64,000 bases of DNA from Lama guanicoe (lineage: Eukaryota): NCBI GenBank assembly GCA_013239625.1, contig MU056000.1, forward strand, positions 13,343,175-13,407,174, read 5' to 3'. A model generated the notes under the pieces. That model was not told the DNA's origin. It saw only the letters and a program-made list of their open reading frames with translations, and ran no database searches. This document shows positions 25,600 to 38,590 of the stretch, piece after piece. Position numbers and translations under genes: made by a program. Numbering within the stretch: position 1 is the first letter of the stretch; each line of letters opens with the position of its first letter.

Positions 25600-26108
25600 T
25601 TTCTTTTTTTATGAAAGTATAGTCAGTTTACAATGTTGTGCCAATTTCTGGTGTAAAGCAGGTTTCAGTCTTACATATACATATATGTATTCTTTTTCAT
25701 TATAGGTTACTACAAGCTATTGAATATAGTTGCCTGTACTATACAGTATAAATTTGTTATTTATCTATTTTATATACAGCAGTTAGTATCTACAAATCTC
25801 GGGCTCCCATTTTTTTCCCTTCCCACCCACCTCCCCCCTGGTAACCATGAGTTTGTTTTCCATGTTTGTGAGTCTGTTTCTGTTTTGTAAATAAGTTCAT
25901 TTGTGTCTTTTTTTTTTTTTTGTAGATTCCACGTATAAGTGATATCATATAGTGTTTTTCTTTCTCTTTCTGGTTTACTTCACTTAGAATGATGATCTCT
26001 AGGTCCATCCATGTTGCTTCAAATGGCATTATTTTATTATTTTTATGGCTGAGTAGTATTCCATTGTATAAATATACCACAGCTTCTTTATCCAGTCATC
26101 TGTCAATA
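25600..26108 (-). mobile_element. Young 5'-truncated L1 3' end
   Basis: T tract, then aagtatagtcagtttacaatgttgtgccaatttctggtgta...; same family as 1-119 and 54692-55481. Confidence 0.9.
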
Positions 26109-26149
26109 GGTGTTAATGCAGACTTTCAGAAAGCAGGGGATACCTATAC

Positions 26150-27490
26150 TTCCAACATTTTCTTCTAGGTTTTTGTGTTATTTTTGTTATAAATTTCACT
26201 TCATTAATGTGGTGAATCCCAAAATATGTTATTACTTTTGCTTAAATAGTTGTTGATTGCTTTCTGAAGAGATTTAAATTATGAAGACAAAGTCCTTTAC
26301 CTACATGGTTATCATTTCTAGTACTCTTTCTGAATATAGACAGATCCAGACTTACATCTGGTATGATTTTTTTTCTGCTTGAAAGATTTTCTTTCACATT
26401 TATTGTAGTGCAAGGCTGCTATTAATATATTATTTTGGCTGTTATGAATATTTAAAAAGTCTTTATTTCATTTTCACTTAGGAAAGCAATTTTTGCCGGG
26501 TAAAAATTTCTAGAGCGATAGTTTTGTTTCTTTCAAAATTTAAAAGAAACTGCGCCACTGTCTTCTGGTTCACATTGTTTCTAATGAGAAATCTTGAACA
26601 TGCTTACCTTTTTCTAGTGTATATCACATGCCTTTTTTCCCTGGTGTCTTTGTTTTTCTCTTTACCACTAATTTTAAGCAAAATGTGACTAATATATGTC
26701 TTAATATAGTTTTCTTCATGATTTTATGCCTGGAGTTTGTTGAGATGTTCATATAAGTGGATCTTAATTTGTTATTAGATATGAAAAATGTTGGACATTA
26801 TTCTTTCAAATATTTTCCTGTATTCCTCTATCTTTCTCCTTTGGGGGCTGTAACTTGCACACATATTTCCACCTGAAGTTTTTCCACAGCTCTATGTGAT
26901 CTGTTAAATTTTTCTACTTTTTTTTTCCATGTGTGTTTCATTTTGGACAGTGTCTATTGCTCTGCTTTCAGGTTCACACATCTTTTCTTCTTATGTCTCT
27001 TTGAGCATTTACTCCAGTTTATTTTTCATCTCAGACATTGAAAATTTTATCTCTAGAAGTGGGTTTTGTATTTAAAAATTTTATTCCATACCTCTTCTTA
27101 ACAGTGTATATATTACCTCTAGCTTCTTAAATGTAGGGAATACAGTTGTAATGACTACTTGTTTTATCATTGTTGCCATTCCTGCATCCATTTTGATTGG
27201 TTGACATTCTCACAATGAGCTATGCTAATGCTGGCTAATTTTATTAGATACAGATATTTTGAATTCTTCCTATTGGATCCTGGTCATTTTCATAAATAAA
27301 TAGTTTTGAGCTTAGTTCTGGAACACAATTGAGATGCTTGAAAGCTGCGTTTTTGAGACATGATTTTAAGATTTTTTAGGCAGAGGCAGAGTCGCACTTG
27401 GTCTAGGGCATCTTTTTCCCACTAAATAAAGCATGACTCTTCTTAGTCTTTTACCCATTGCCTCACCCTCACTGCTCGGAACAAGCACTG
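26150..27490 (-). mobile_element. Old L1MC/MD ORF1-region remnant
   Basis: Antisense L1 motifs (ccactgtcttctggttcacattgtttctaatgagaaatct, tggagtttgttgag, ttctttcaaatattttcctg). Confidence 0.75.
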
Positions 27491-27501
27491 TTCTTTCATG
27501 T

Positions 27502-27877
27502 TGCCTTAGTCCATTCAGACTGCTACAACCAAGTACCACAAGTAAGTAACTTATAAAAACAGAAATCTGTTTCTCACAGTTTTGAAGGCTGGGGTGTCCA
27601 AGGTCAAGGGATCAGCATAGTCCCCTTCTGGTGAGGGCCCTAGCCAGCCTACTTTCTGGTTCATGGCCAGCACCTTCTTCCTCTACCCTCACATGGTAGA
27701 GGGGATCAGGAATCTCTGTGGGGTCCCTTTGATAAGGGCATTCATTTCATTCATGAAGGCCCTGCCCTCATGACACAATGACCATCCAGAGACTCCCCCC
27801 TATCAATGCCATTGCTATGGACGTTGGGATTTTAACATATAAATTATGGGGGAAACACAAACATTCAGGCTATAGAA
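27502..27877 (-). mobile_element. Full solo MLT1A-type LTR
   Basis: tgccttagtccattcagactgct...gggggaaacacaaacattcaggctatagaa; perfect 5-bp TSD CATGT at 27497-27501 and 27878-27882. Confidence 0.9.
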
Positions 27878-28529
27878 CATGTTCATTCTCATACATAAGA
27901 AAATAAAAATTTAAAAGAAGAAAATTTGACTTATCAGCTAAGTAATAATACGTCATTTTATAGGCAATCTTTAAAGCAGATGTTTATGTGAATTAATGTT
28001 TTTTAAAAAATAATGAATTTAAAATTAACCATTATTTAAATGATTCAGCAAAGTATCATTGATGTGGAAAAATGCTCTGGAAAAAAATGCTATAAAATCA
28101 AGTTATAGAGGGATTTTTCTTCAGTAAAATAAGGCTAAGCTTTTTAAAAAAAATAATAATAAAACCAAAAATTCAAAATGACAGTAAGGAAGATAACATT
28201 TTTAAGGAAAATAAAACTTCCAAAGTTCTGAATTCCATTAAATTTTAGGGTTCTACTGAAAGAATAATTGCATGATTACTTTTATTATAATTTCAAGATG
28301 TTGGTGGCATTTTTGAGAGTATTGTAAAAGTGCAATACACATACGAACATTTCTTAGAATAATTTTATGTTATGACTTTCTTTTCCCAGGCAGACAGAAT
28401 AATATTTTTTGTCTTAGAATGTGACATACAACATATTAACTATTCTTTTATCTGACTCTTTGTCTTAAATTTAATATAAAATATTAAGTTTTTGTAATTA
28501 TTTAGCAAACTAAATTAATAATAATAAGA

Positions 28530-28660
28530 ATACAAGGGAGAAAGCAAAAAAAAAGAAAAGAAGAGAAAAATGTAAAGAAGGGAAGAGGGAAGAAATTAAG
28601 GAAAGAACTGAGAATGGAAGAAACAATGGATGGAGCTGAAGAAGGCAGGAAGAAAGAAGC
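28530..28660. repeat. GA-rich low-complexity tract
   Basis: Read directly; explains the Leu/Phe/Ser-rich minus-strand ORF 28510-28734. Confidence 0.8.
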
Positions 28661-29729
28661 CCTACTCGCCAAAGAATGAGAATCACCAGAGGAAGAGAAT
28701 TCATGTCATGAAATACGTCTTTAGAAACAAACAATGCTGTACAAATTTGATTCTAGCAAATCAAAGTCATAACCATCAAATATAAAAGAATATACAGGAC
28801 ACTTCAAGTTTAAAATGTATGTCACACTGGCCTCTCATTACACATTTATAATATTCAAATAAGTATTGGCTGCTTGCATATTGTCAGTTTCCTGGGACAA
28901 ATATTTTTACATTCAAACACCATTTTTCTTCCCCGTTCCATGTGTGGCAGTCTACATTTATTCAAATGCAGTGTTCTATATGGCCGTACTCTTTATAAAG
29001 CTTCCTACCTTCAATTTCCAGTTCTTCAAAGAATAATTTTCTGCAAAATTCAGTGTCTAGGCAACAGTTAGTCTTAATCAGACAAAGAGGAAATATGTGA
29101 GGCAGCCTAAGAATGACTGATTTATCTTTGGGGATTAAGAAAACTGTATGAAGAGGCCACATTAGGAAAAGGCATAGACGTGTCAGGCAGAGAGCTGATC
29201 TTTTGCTACAGAGAAACTTTACCACTTTTCGCTTTCCCTCCTACGCCTAATTAATATTTTGCATTAATTTGTTTAAATTAGTCCACCAGGGAGTTGAGTC
29301 TTATATGGAAAATAAAAAGGCGAAGTACAGATACTGACCCAAGGTCAGCAGTTAATCAAATGGGTGTTTAAGCTACTAACTTTCTTTCAGATTTGCAAAT
29401 AAGCGAGTATAGATACAAAGAAATATAATTGAGCAACAATATTAAATGAATTCCTTGTGTAAATAGAATTTTTTCCAAAAAAGTTGTCTGTTTTCTTCCA
29501 AAATTATAAAGGTTTCTTTAAGTGTGTTTTTTTTTTTTTTTTGGTAGAACTTAATCTCATTTCTAATGTCTGGTAAAATATTACAAGTTCATACATTCAA
29601 AATACGGGTGTAGAATTCACTTATCTAATTGAATATTTTATTTTTATAAGGTCTTACAGTAACATTCATATATATTTGCATGATTCAATTTGTTGCTTTA
29701 ATAAATTGACTAATTTAAATTGAGGAAGA

Positions 29730-29965
29730 AGTATTAAAACGGCCAAATAACCTTTCAAGCAGGGCTGCCTGGGTTCAAATATCATTACTTCTTGTTATTA
29801 GCCGTATAATCTTGATTCTGTTATTTCATTCTTCTACCTGATTCATTCCCTTAATTGTTAAAATGAAAGTTATGAGATGATTCATGAAATTAATATAGGG
29901 AAGTCATATTAGGAGAATGCAAATTGCAGAGCAAGTTTTTAATAAGTATTAATTGCTTTTATCAC
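29730..29965 (+). mobile_element. MIR SINE
   Basis: ctgcctgggttcaaat...ttattagccgtataatcttg...gttaaaatga...aataagtattaattgct. Confidence 0.65.
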
Positions 29966-31779
29966 CATTTTCATTAGTGTCATCACCATCATCATTTTAT
30001 TCAGTAAATCAGACTGAACTACTTTTCTAAGGTAACCTTTCTTTAAATGGGAATGAAAATATTAATCAATATCCTCCTATCAAGGAAAAAACTGGTTTTG
30101 TGATCGGTTCTTGTGTGAATTGGAAATCACAGCTAAATGAAACAGTAAAAGAATGGAAGACAAAAGTGTTATTCATACTACTGACTATAACATACATTTG
30201 AAAATTATATGCCAAATTAATTTTCTGAAAAATTAAGACGTCGTATCTTCTCAGGTTCTTTACATTTATTGCATGAATTTGATATGGAAGTTTGCTACAA
30301 ATTCTTTCAAGTAATGTAGTCATTACTTAGTGGGAAATTTTACATCATGGATCTTTCAACAAGAATGCCTCAAGGACACTTTTCAAATAGGAGCTAGTGA
30401 ATCCAAAATATCACTCATCATCAATCATGGATTGACAACTTTCTTGGGAGTTGGCAGAGTTGCCAGCAAGCTGGATACTCAAGTTACTGACTTGCATTCT
30501 GTCTCCTTGATTCTGAACTTTTATGTCACCAGGTAAAACATTCTATCTCTTATGAAAAGATAGGGATGCTTTTATATTTCTGTAAATAAATGCTTAATTA
30601 CAATATATTCACAATTCTTTTTATAATCTTAAAGAACATAAAAATTAAATTTGAAATGTAAAGTACACATTATGACCTGGGGAATAAATACATCTCAAAA
30701 TTGTTTCTTCTTAGGAAAAGTTTCTTCTTGGGAAAAGTCTGTGCTCCACACAGGTAGAAGGGAAAGAAAAAAAAAGAAAAGCAGAAATAATCAAAACTTT
30801 GGGTCTTTAATCCTCTAAGAAGTCCCAAACATAAACTGCTTCATACACCTCATTGTTAGGCATTGATGCTATTCACGAAAAACTCCACGGAGTCAAGGAA
30901 GGTATGTTTTCAGTTTCTCATGTTTACAGTAGCGAAATGGGTTTTGAGTGAATTTGAGGTAATCAATCTATAATGCTGGCCACAAAGTTCTCAGGGAAAC
31001 TGTAAATTTAGTGAAAAAGTGACATTAATGTAGACTATGAAATCTTAAAATACAGGAGTAATTTCACAGAGTTCTATTTCTGCTGGCTCTAATCTAGTTT
31101 TAATAACATTCCTTTTTTTTTTTTGGAAATTTCAGATATGAAACCTGGTATTATAAGAATGAAAAAAAAAAAGAAATGCAAAAACAGGCCCTAATGCTTT
31201 CAACATTTGGGGAAGAAATTTGGTCATTAACAGGGTAGATAACTTGGTTTTGAGTAATTCAATAAGTAATTTTGTTCTGCAATATGTTACATAAGATACT
31301 GTGATAGTCTTCAAAAATGTGTAAAAGTTTAAGATTTACATTTAAATTCTCACACATGCAAATTTAGACCTATGCAAATGAGATTATTAATTTAGTGTTA
31401 GAAACATTTTTAATTCCTATTTAACTTTATAAATCCTATTAAGATAAAGGTTTAGAGCGATTCCTGTGCTATGATGTTAGCTCCAAGCACCTGTTTGAAA
31501 TACCAGGTGGGTTTCTGGGCGTGTGTTATATGCAGCTGTGAAGGAGGTGGCTTGATACTCTCTTGCATCTACTATACATTCTTTTTTAATCTACCACTTC
31601 CCAGTTCCCCAGTTTCCTCAGTGCCAATGCTGTCCTAGTTTCGAACATAAATGATAAGCCTAATTTGCTCTGGAGTAACAATTAGCAGTTGAAATGATCT
31701 TGGTAGAAAATGAAAGAAAACTAGAGTCAAACTTACATACAATATAAGAATATATATTGAGATAACAGAGTGCTCTCAT

Positions 31780-32240
31780 TAATATCCGGCAGGCTCCAAA
31801 CATCCTCAGGTTTCATCTCTTGCTTGATGTTTCTGTTATCTTTCCTAGTGTAGCTTTAACAGAGAGCAAGGGACATTTCTCCAAGTATTTCCAGGTTTTT
31901 CATTCAGGCCAAATCATATCCAGAGAGAGAAGAGAGATTCTTTATTCTTGAATTTGTTTCATAGGATAGATTCAAGGACACAAGTCCCAGAAAAAAAAAA
32001 AAAGAAGTCTTTCCTTCATAACTCATTAGTCATAATCAGTCACACACTCTTTCAAATAGGACAAATGACAGAAGTGAACGTGTCATGATGATCTTGGACC
32101 AGTGAGGGTATGTCCCTGGAATCTGGTAAGGATCACCTTCTGTGGTGGAGTGGTGGACAACAGAACACAGTCACCATCCTAATGGGAAGGAATAAGGCAG
32201 CAAATTGATATGGGGTAGGCAGCCAACTGGGGTAGCTAAG
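31780..32240 (-). mobile_element. Old MaLR LTR (MLT1J/K/L-like)
   Basis: ctcattagtcataatcagtcaca..., gatatggggtaggcagccaac resemble antisense old MLT1. Confidence 0.55.
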
Positions 32241-32510
32241 TACCTTGCCAGAGTAAAAGAATAATTAAAGAAATAAAACAGTAAAACACTTGAATAAACT
32301 AATAAATATATGAGTTTTGCTGATAATAAGAGACAGACTTGGGAGTCACTTTTGGGTAGATTTTAGAGGATCTTTTTCTACATTACATTATGAAGAAAAC
32401 TTTGTGTATATTTTTAGGTAGAATAAATGTTCTTCAAATTAAATATCAATTGCTACTTCACTGAAATGCAAACACAGGAGAATAATTATAGTTAAATCAG
32501 AAAAGTTGAC

Positions 32511-33175
32511 TTTTTTTTTCAATTAGACAACTTTTACTAAATGAGAAAACTACATTTAAAATGTGTTTTAACACAAAATGGAATTAGAAAATAAAAAGAT
32601 ATATGCATTTGATATAACTTTGCACTGTGCTGAAAATCAAATCTCTTGCAGTAATACAATACGCCAATTCTTAAAATGTAAGTTAACAGAATTCTCAGTC
32701 TAACATTTTCAAAGACAATATTAAGGTCAAGAATTTCATGTCTATGGTAGCATGTATAGAAGGGCTTTATAAGTATGATGTCCATCCCCATGAAGCTTAC
32801 AAATTTGACAAGTTCAATAAAAGCTTTTGGAATCACATACAAAAGTGTCACATCCAAAGAATCACAAATCTGTGTCCTGTAAATTCTCCTTCTAAAATCT
32901 GACTTTTCTATTCCTGTCATTTGTTAATACTAACCCTTTGGGGAAAAAAAAAGAACAGGAAAAGAAACGCTGCAGTAAACACTTGATCATGTACAGAAAT
33001 TATTGCTACTATAGTTCACTACAAAGCATGTCTATACAATATCATGTGAACTTTGATCATGAAAAATCAGAATAAAAATCTTTAGTGACATAAGCCTTAC
33101 AATCGTATACAACATTCACATGGCAATATTAGACAGTTAAGCACCCAATTCCCATAGTTGACAAATGTCCCACTG
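32511..33175 (-). pseudogene. PPP1CB: 5'-truncated processed retrocopy of an mRNA 3' UTR, recognised as PPP1CB (PP1-beta catalytic subunit); no coding part
   Basis: Seen: T9 at 32511-32519 (minus-strand poly(A)); AGTAAA variant signal just upstream on the minus strand; 12-bp TSD AGAAAAGTTGAC at 32499-32510 and 33176-33187; TT/AAAA-type L1 endonuclease site. Identity recalled from memory: minus-strand cagtgggacatttgtcaactatggg...ggtgcttaactgtctaatattgccatgtgaatgttgtatacgattgtaaggcttatgtcactaaag matches the human PPP1CB 3' UTR as I remember it. Confidence 0.85.
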
Positions 33176-33469
33176 AGAAAAGTTGACATTTTTAATGATT
33201 CTTTTTAACAATTTATTATGCTTAAAAATAGAAAAATTTCCCAAGGATTAGCATAGATTATGTAGATCATCTATGTACTATATGCTAGACTCATTGCTCT
33301 TTTGACCATCCATGATGTTTTGTTCTAATTGTGGCACATATGGACTTCTGTTTAGCAAAACAATAGTTTGATAATACTAGAAAAATGGCTGAAATGTGGA
33401 TGTGTTAATAAAATTAACGACCAGTGAATATTCCATAGTTGGAACTCCAAAATTCATTTGACGAATATC

Positions 33470-33615
33470 TGAGCACAATTTCTTATATGCTAGAAACTTT
33501 ACTATCACTTATTTAATACTAACAACATCACTGTATTAGAACTGTTTTCCCCCATTTTACAGATGAGGTGACATATATTAAGTAATTTTCTCTGAAGACA
33601 AATATTAGCTAACAG
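33470..33615 (-). mobile_element. MIR fragment
   Basis: ccccattttacagatgagg core motif with preceding ttatttaatactaacaac. Confidence 0.75.
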
Positions 33616-34099
33616 CCCATTTGCTTTATGGAATGTTTCTATTTGGGTTGACAACTGGTATTAAAAAAAACAAACTACACGCCTATGGTTTTATGTGATA
33701 TAGTCAACAAAAATGTTATTGAAAAGAATGATGGAAGGAATGGTTGTTTGCCATTAAACAGAAGTTTTGCGAAACAGTGAGAGAGACATTTCTCTATTAG
33801 CTCACACCTAGGTGGTATACTGTGGCTGGGACACGCCTTCACTTTATCAACCCTATCAGAATTTGAATAAGTTCAAGTTATCATGATATAGAGTCCAAGT
33901 TATTTACACTAAATTTGAAGTGACTTCAGTCTCTATAATACAAATTGGATATCTCTTATATATCTTTATCTAAAAGCTATACCCATGTATTTTTGTAATA
34001 TTTTATTGGTGTAATCCAAAGCCAAATGCACTTGAAACATCTTTTCTTTTTCTCTCTCTTTTTTTTTTCTGAATTTGCCTATGATCTATGAAAGGCAAG

Positions 34100-34545
34100 A
34101 AATCTCATTTGAATAGAGTAAAAGGGATTCGTGTTCACTCATGCATAAACATTTTTTTAAGGATTCAGCTGTGTCCGTGATAGATGGATAGACTGCTGAG
34201 AATCCATTCGAGATTTCTGTGATTAGGTTAGACAGGTCCCAACTCCTATTAGTGAGTGTTGCCATGTTCTGCTCCAGAGAGGAGGCAGCTGTCTTCTTCA
34301 CTTGTCCCCCGGTGCTGCCGGCTGTAACTAAGCCTATAAAATTTTCGACAAGCAAATCAGGAAGGACTTTGCAGACAGATGGCGAAGCTGCCTATGCATT
34401 CTCATTTACATGCAACCTTGGTTCCTAATTGTACTTGAGCCATATGCAGAGGATTTGCTCTCCCTTTGGATTGGTTTCAAGTGCTAGGCAGACAAGTAAA
34501 TCTAACCTGGTCCCCGTTTTCCTAATATGATTTAATTCGATAGAG
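34100..34545. promoter_or_regulatory. Candidate enhancer / conserved non-coding element
   Basis: Non-repeat island with higher GC and CpG than its flanks; E-boxes CAGCTG x2, CAGATGG, CATATG; POU-like ATTTACAT; inference only. Confidence 0.35.
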
Positions 34546-35379
34546 TTATGTGAAGTGTTTATCAAAAGAACTTTCGAAGCTAAAATCTTGGCTGAATGCA
34601 GAAATTGGTACCAACCATGGTTAGTGAGAAGAGTGCCCTAGGAGACGTACTCATATGGCAAATGAAGACCACATTATATAATTTATAAGCTAAAATAAAA
34701 TGAAAATACGAACAAACTCTACTTGGGATTTTGCACTGTCAAAGCCTGGTATTATTCAATTAAAATGCCTGTAATACACTAGCCAAATTATGTATTTTTC
34801 ATTATTGGATGATCCAAGATAAGCCAATATTAAAAATCATACAAACATTGTAACTCTTGCTTACAACTATACATGTGTTCTTGATAATATATCAAATGAA
34901 CAGCAAATCAAATTTCTTGTGACAATTTTTTTGTCACAATGACTAAAATTTATTTGTGATTCATCCGCATAAGAACTGCCTCATAAAATCACGCAAGTAT
35001 ACATTATATTTCATTTAAAATAAAAAAAATTACTAGCAGTGAGGATGAATATATACAATAATTTTTAACTATTTATTTTTTACCTTATAAATTTTAAATT
35101 ATGACCAGAGTACTTAATTGTATTTCAGCATACTATGGTGAGAAATCTAGTTCCTAGAATTTTGTTATCCTACTATGATTTGTTGTCAAAGTTATTATAA
35201 AAATACTATATATACTTCATTTCTATAACAAAAATAGTATTTTCTCATTGTACAAAATTTTGAAAAGATTTGGAAAAAATCTATTTATAATTCTATTACT
35301 CAAATATAATTATTAGCATCATGCACATTTCTTTATATATTGAACATAATTGAGATAAATCTGTATAAATGAATTATTG

Positions 35380-35760
35380 TCCTGTATTTCTTACTAAACT
35401 CTACACCCTAAGTATATTCCAAAATGAATTCAATTAATTTCATAACCATTTTTTTAAAGTGGTAAAGATTAGTTTTATGGCTGCATCTCTTGAGCAACAG
35501 TCTATTATAGATGCTTATCATTTTTATCTGTTTGCACTGTTGTAAATAATTCTATTGTGAACATTTTGGCATAAATACTTGTTTTCAGTTTAAGTGATTT
35601 TCTTAGGAGAGATTTCTAGATTAAAATTAGAATGAAGAGTGAGATTTCTAGACACATATCACATACTGACAAATTGCCTTAAGAAGAAATGTATTCTGAT
35701 TTATTCGATCACCATTAGTGTGGGCATTTCTCAAACACTGCTAGCTATGTTAATTAGGAT
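35380..35760 (-). mobile_element. Old L1ME 3' remnant
   Basis: ttttatggctgcat..., tgttgtaaataattctattgtgaacatttt, ttttcttaggagagatttctaga. Confidence 0.55.
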
Positions 35761-36559
35761 GTGGGTTGCAAACAATATCAAATATCAATATGATTACATA
35801 AATCTTGTCAGGAATTGTTAAATAGCAGTGCAGTTAAAGGCAGGAATAGTTAAATGGCAGGGCAGGAATCAAATTTATTGATTCTGTGATGGAACACCAT
35901 CTTTAAACCCAGATTACATTTCTCTTTGCTCTATTTATCTCAGTGTTGAATTCATCCATATGTTGCTAGATTTCTGAGAGCTGTTGAAATCTAAATTTCC
36001 AGGCATCATCTAAACATGATCATATCTGGAGGGCAAAAAACATGATAAATCATTCTTTTCCATCGTTCTTTCTTGGGAGATAGCAAACTTTCCACAAAAA
36101 TGAACGAAAAGTATTCTTTTACGACTCATACCCCAAAATTTGCTTAAATTCTGATTCATAGTTAGACATATTTTTCTACCAAGAATATATATTCAATTTT
36201 GAAAAAAAGAGAATAGTTATAGTTTAAAAAAACAAGTATGAAAGAGTTAAATGGAATACTCTGAAAGTCAAATTGTCCAACACGGACAAAGGCTCTGCCT
36301 TCTGGGCAAAGTCTTCCTTCTCTGTTTATTATCCTCTGTGGCCACGTCAAGGAGGAGCTTCACCACTTCAGAGACCCACTTGTTGCTCTGTATCTGAAGA
36401 TCAACTCTGATAAATGCAAAACAAGTATCACCCAATTTTCAATCAGAAAATGTAGCATTTTAACTTCCTCCAGCCCAATCCTCCATTCTTGGAATTTCAC
36501 ATTTCAGTGTCTGTTATATACCACCCCCCAGATTTTGTTGCTGAAATCTACCTGAGAAT

Positions 36560-37080
36560 ACTTTCAAGTAGCAGAAAGCAAAATCATCCACTCAAACTGG
36601 CTTCAAATATAAAGACATATAATACCAGATATAACAGAAGTCTGGAAAGAGAAATCTTCAGAACTAGATGACTTACCAAACAAAATTGCAATGTAACTTA
36701 CTTCTCTCTCCGTCGGTGTCAGTGGTGGCTTTGTCCTGAGGCTGAGACAGGATGACTATGGTTGCTCAAGAAACAACAAAGATAAGAAGAGAGTTTCTCT
36801 TATTGTGGATTATCTAATGAAAGAAAACCTTTTTCTTTCTAGAAATTTCTGGTCAGGTGTCCACTGGTGTCATAGTTGCTAGAATCAGGTTGCATGTCTA
36901 GTTACGAAGTGATAATAAGTGGCTGGAATCACGGGATTACCTTAGCTCAAAAGTCTTTCACTGACAATGAAGGTGAGTTCAAGTCACTCCTAGGAACATG
37001 GTTGCATGGGAGAGGGCTGTATAGACGATCAGCACCAGTGTTCAGACAGAAGGGTGGGTGAAGGATAAGCATGTTTCCCA
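36560..37080 (-). mobile_element. Old MaLR LTR (MLT1J/K-like)
   Basis: ccactcaaactggcttcaa, ggctttgtcctgaggctg, gctagaatcaggttgcatgtc. Confidence 0.55.
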
Positions 37081-37099
37081 GGCAAAATGAGTTTGAAAC

Positions 37100-38590
37100 T
37101 TTTTTCTTGACAGCACTGACTGGAATTTCCAATACAATTTTGAATAGAAGTGATGAGAGCAGTTGTCCTTGAGCTTAGGTGGAAATAATTCATTCTTGCA
37201 CCATTTAATATGATCTTGGTTATAGCTTTTTCAAAGATGTCCTTTAGCATCTTGAAGACATATCTTCCTTTCCTTGCTTGCTGTGATTTTTTTTTTTAAA
37301 TCAGGAATGGTGACAGATTTTGTCAAATGTATTTTCTTTATCTATAGAGATGATCATGTGTTTTTTCTTTCCGAATTTTAATATGGTGAATAACATTGAT
37401 TTTCAAAAGTTATTTTAAACTTGTATTCCTGAGATAAAACTTATCTGATAACAGTGTACTGTTCTTTTGATGTTGCTAAATTCTATTTGTTAGAGGTTTG
37501 TTTATCATTTTTGCATATTTCTTCATGAGGGATACTTCTTCCCTTGGAGCATCTTTCTCTGATTTTGGTATCAGTAGAATTGTAACCTCATATATGAGTT
37601 AGGAAGCAATTCCACCTCTAAAATTTGGGGGAAGGTTTTGTATAGGATTGGTATCATTTATTCCTTAGCTGTTTAGTAGAATTCATCATTTGTGCCTGTA
37701 ATTTTTTGTGATAAATTTTAAAATTACAAATTAATTTCATTTAATAACTATAGACTACTGACATTAGAGCTTTCTTCTGATATTTAGTAAGATACATTTC
37801 AAGGGATTTTTCCTCTTTATTTACCTAAGTTGTAAATTTATTAACATTGTTAATATTCCCTTATTACCATTTGACATATTATTATTATTGTATTTTCAGA
37901 ATAATCTGTGTCAGTTTCTCTAATTCCTGACATTTGTGACATGTGTTTATTCTATTTTTCTGAACAATCTGGCTAGAAGTTTATCTATTTTCTTGACCTT
38001 CCTAAAGAACTAGCTTTTGTTTTCATTGATTATCTCTAAGTCTGTTAATTGCTTCAGTAATTATTATGCTCATTTTTATTATTTCCTTTCATCTGCTTAT
38101 TTCAGGCTAACTTGTTCTTTGTTTTATAGTTTCTTAAGGTAAAAGCTGAGGTTATTATATTTAGAATCTTTCTCCTTTTCTAATATAGGCATTTAATGCT
38201 ATAAATTTTATGCTAAATGCAGTTTTAGAGTCATACTATACATTTTTATATGTTGTGGCTTCAAATTTATCCAATTACTAATTATTTCTAATTTCCTTTT
38301 TGAAATATTCTTTGACTCATTGCTTGTTTAGAAATGTCCTATTTTGTTTCTGACGATTTGGAGATTTTAAAGAGGTTTTTTTGTTGTTGTTTATTTCTAA
38401 TTTAAACTTATTAGGTCCAAATATTTGTATAAATTACATCTTTGGAAATTTATTGAGATTGATTTCATGGTTAAGAACATAGTATATTTTGAAAAAATGT
38501 GCATGCATTTAAGAATTGTATTTTGCTGTTGTTGGTGGAATGTTCTATAAATATCAAGTTTAAGTGAAATTAGAGGAAGTGTTGACAGCA
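37100..38590 (-). mobile_element. Old L1M ORF2 fragment
   Basis: ttttgaatagaagtgatgagag, gagatgatcatgtgtttttt, ctgattttggtatcag, tttgctgttgttggtggaatgttctataaatatcaa; the minus-strand translation gives RT-like KAITKIILNG (ORF 37029-37250), but disrupted. Confidence 0.85.

Noticed and set aside
25790..26080. 96-aa ORF (…PFEATWMDLEIIILSEVNQKEK…)
   Set aside because: Translation of the L1 ORF2-end/3' UTR region; a common false gene prediction
30713..30747. Tandem 17-bp duplication gtttcttctt(a/g)ggaaaa
   Set aside because: Ordinary two-copy microduplication
32537..32920. 127-aa ORF on the sense strand of the retrocopy
   Set aside because: Lies wholly in 3' UTR-derived sequence and does not resemble PP1 or any family I recognise
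34917..34939. 9-bp inverted repeat ttgtgacaa / ttgtcacaa
   Set aside because: Short enough to be expected by chance in 64 kb of AT-rich DNA
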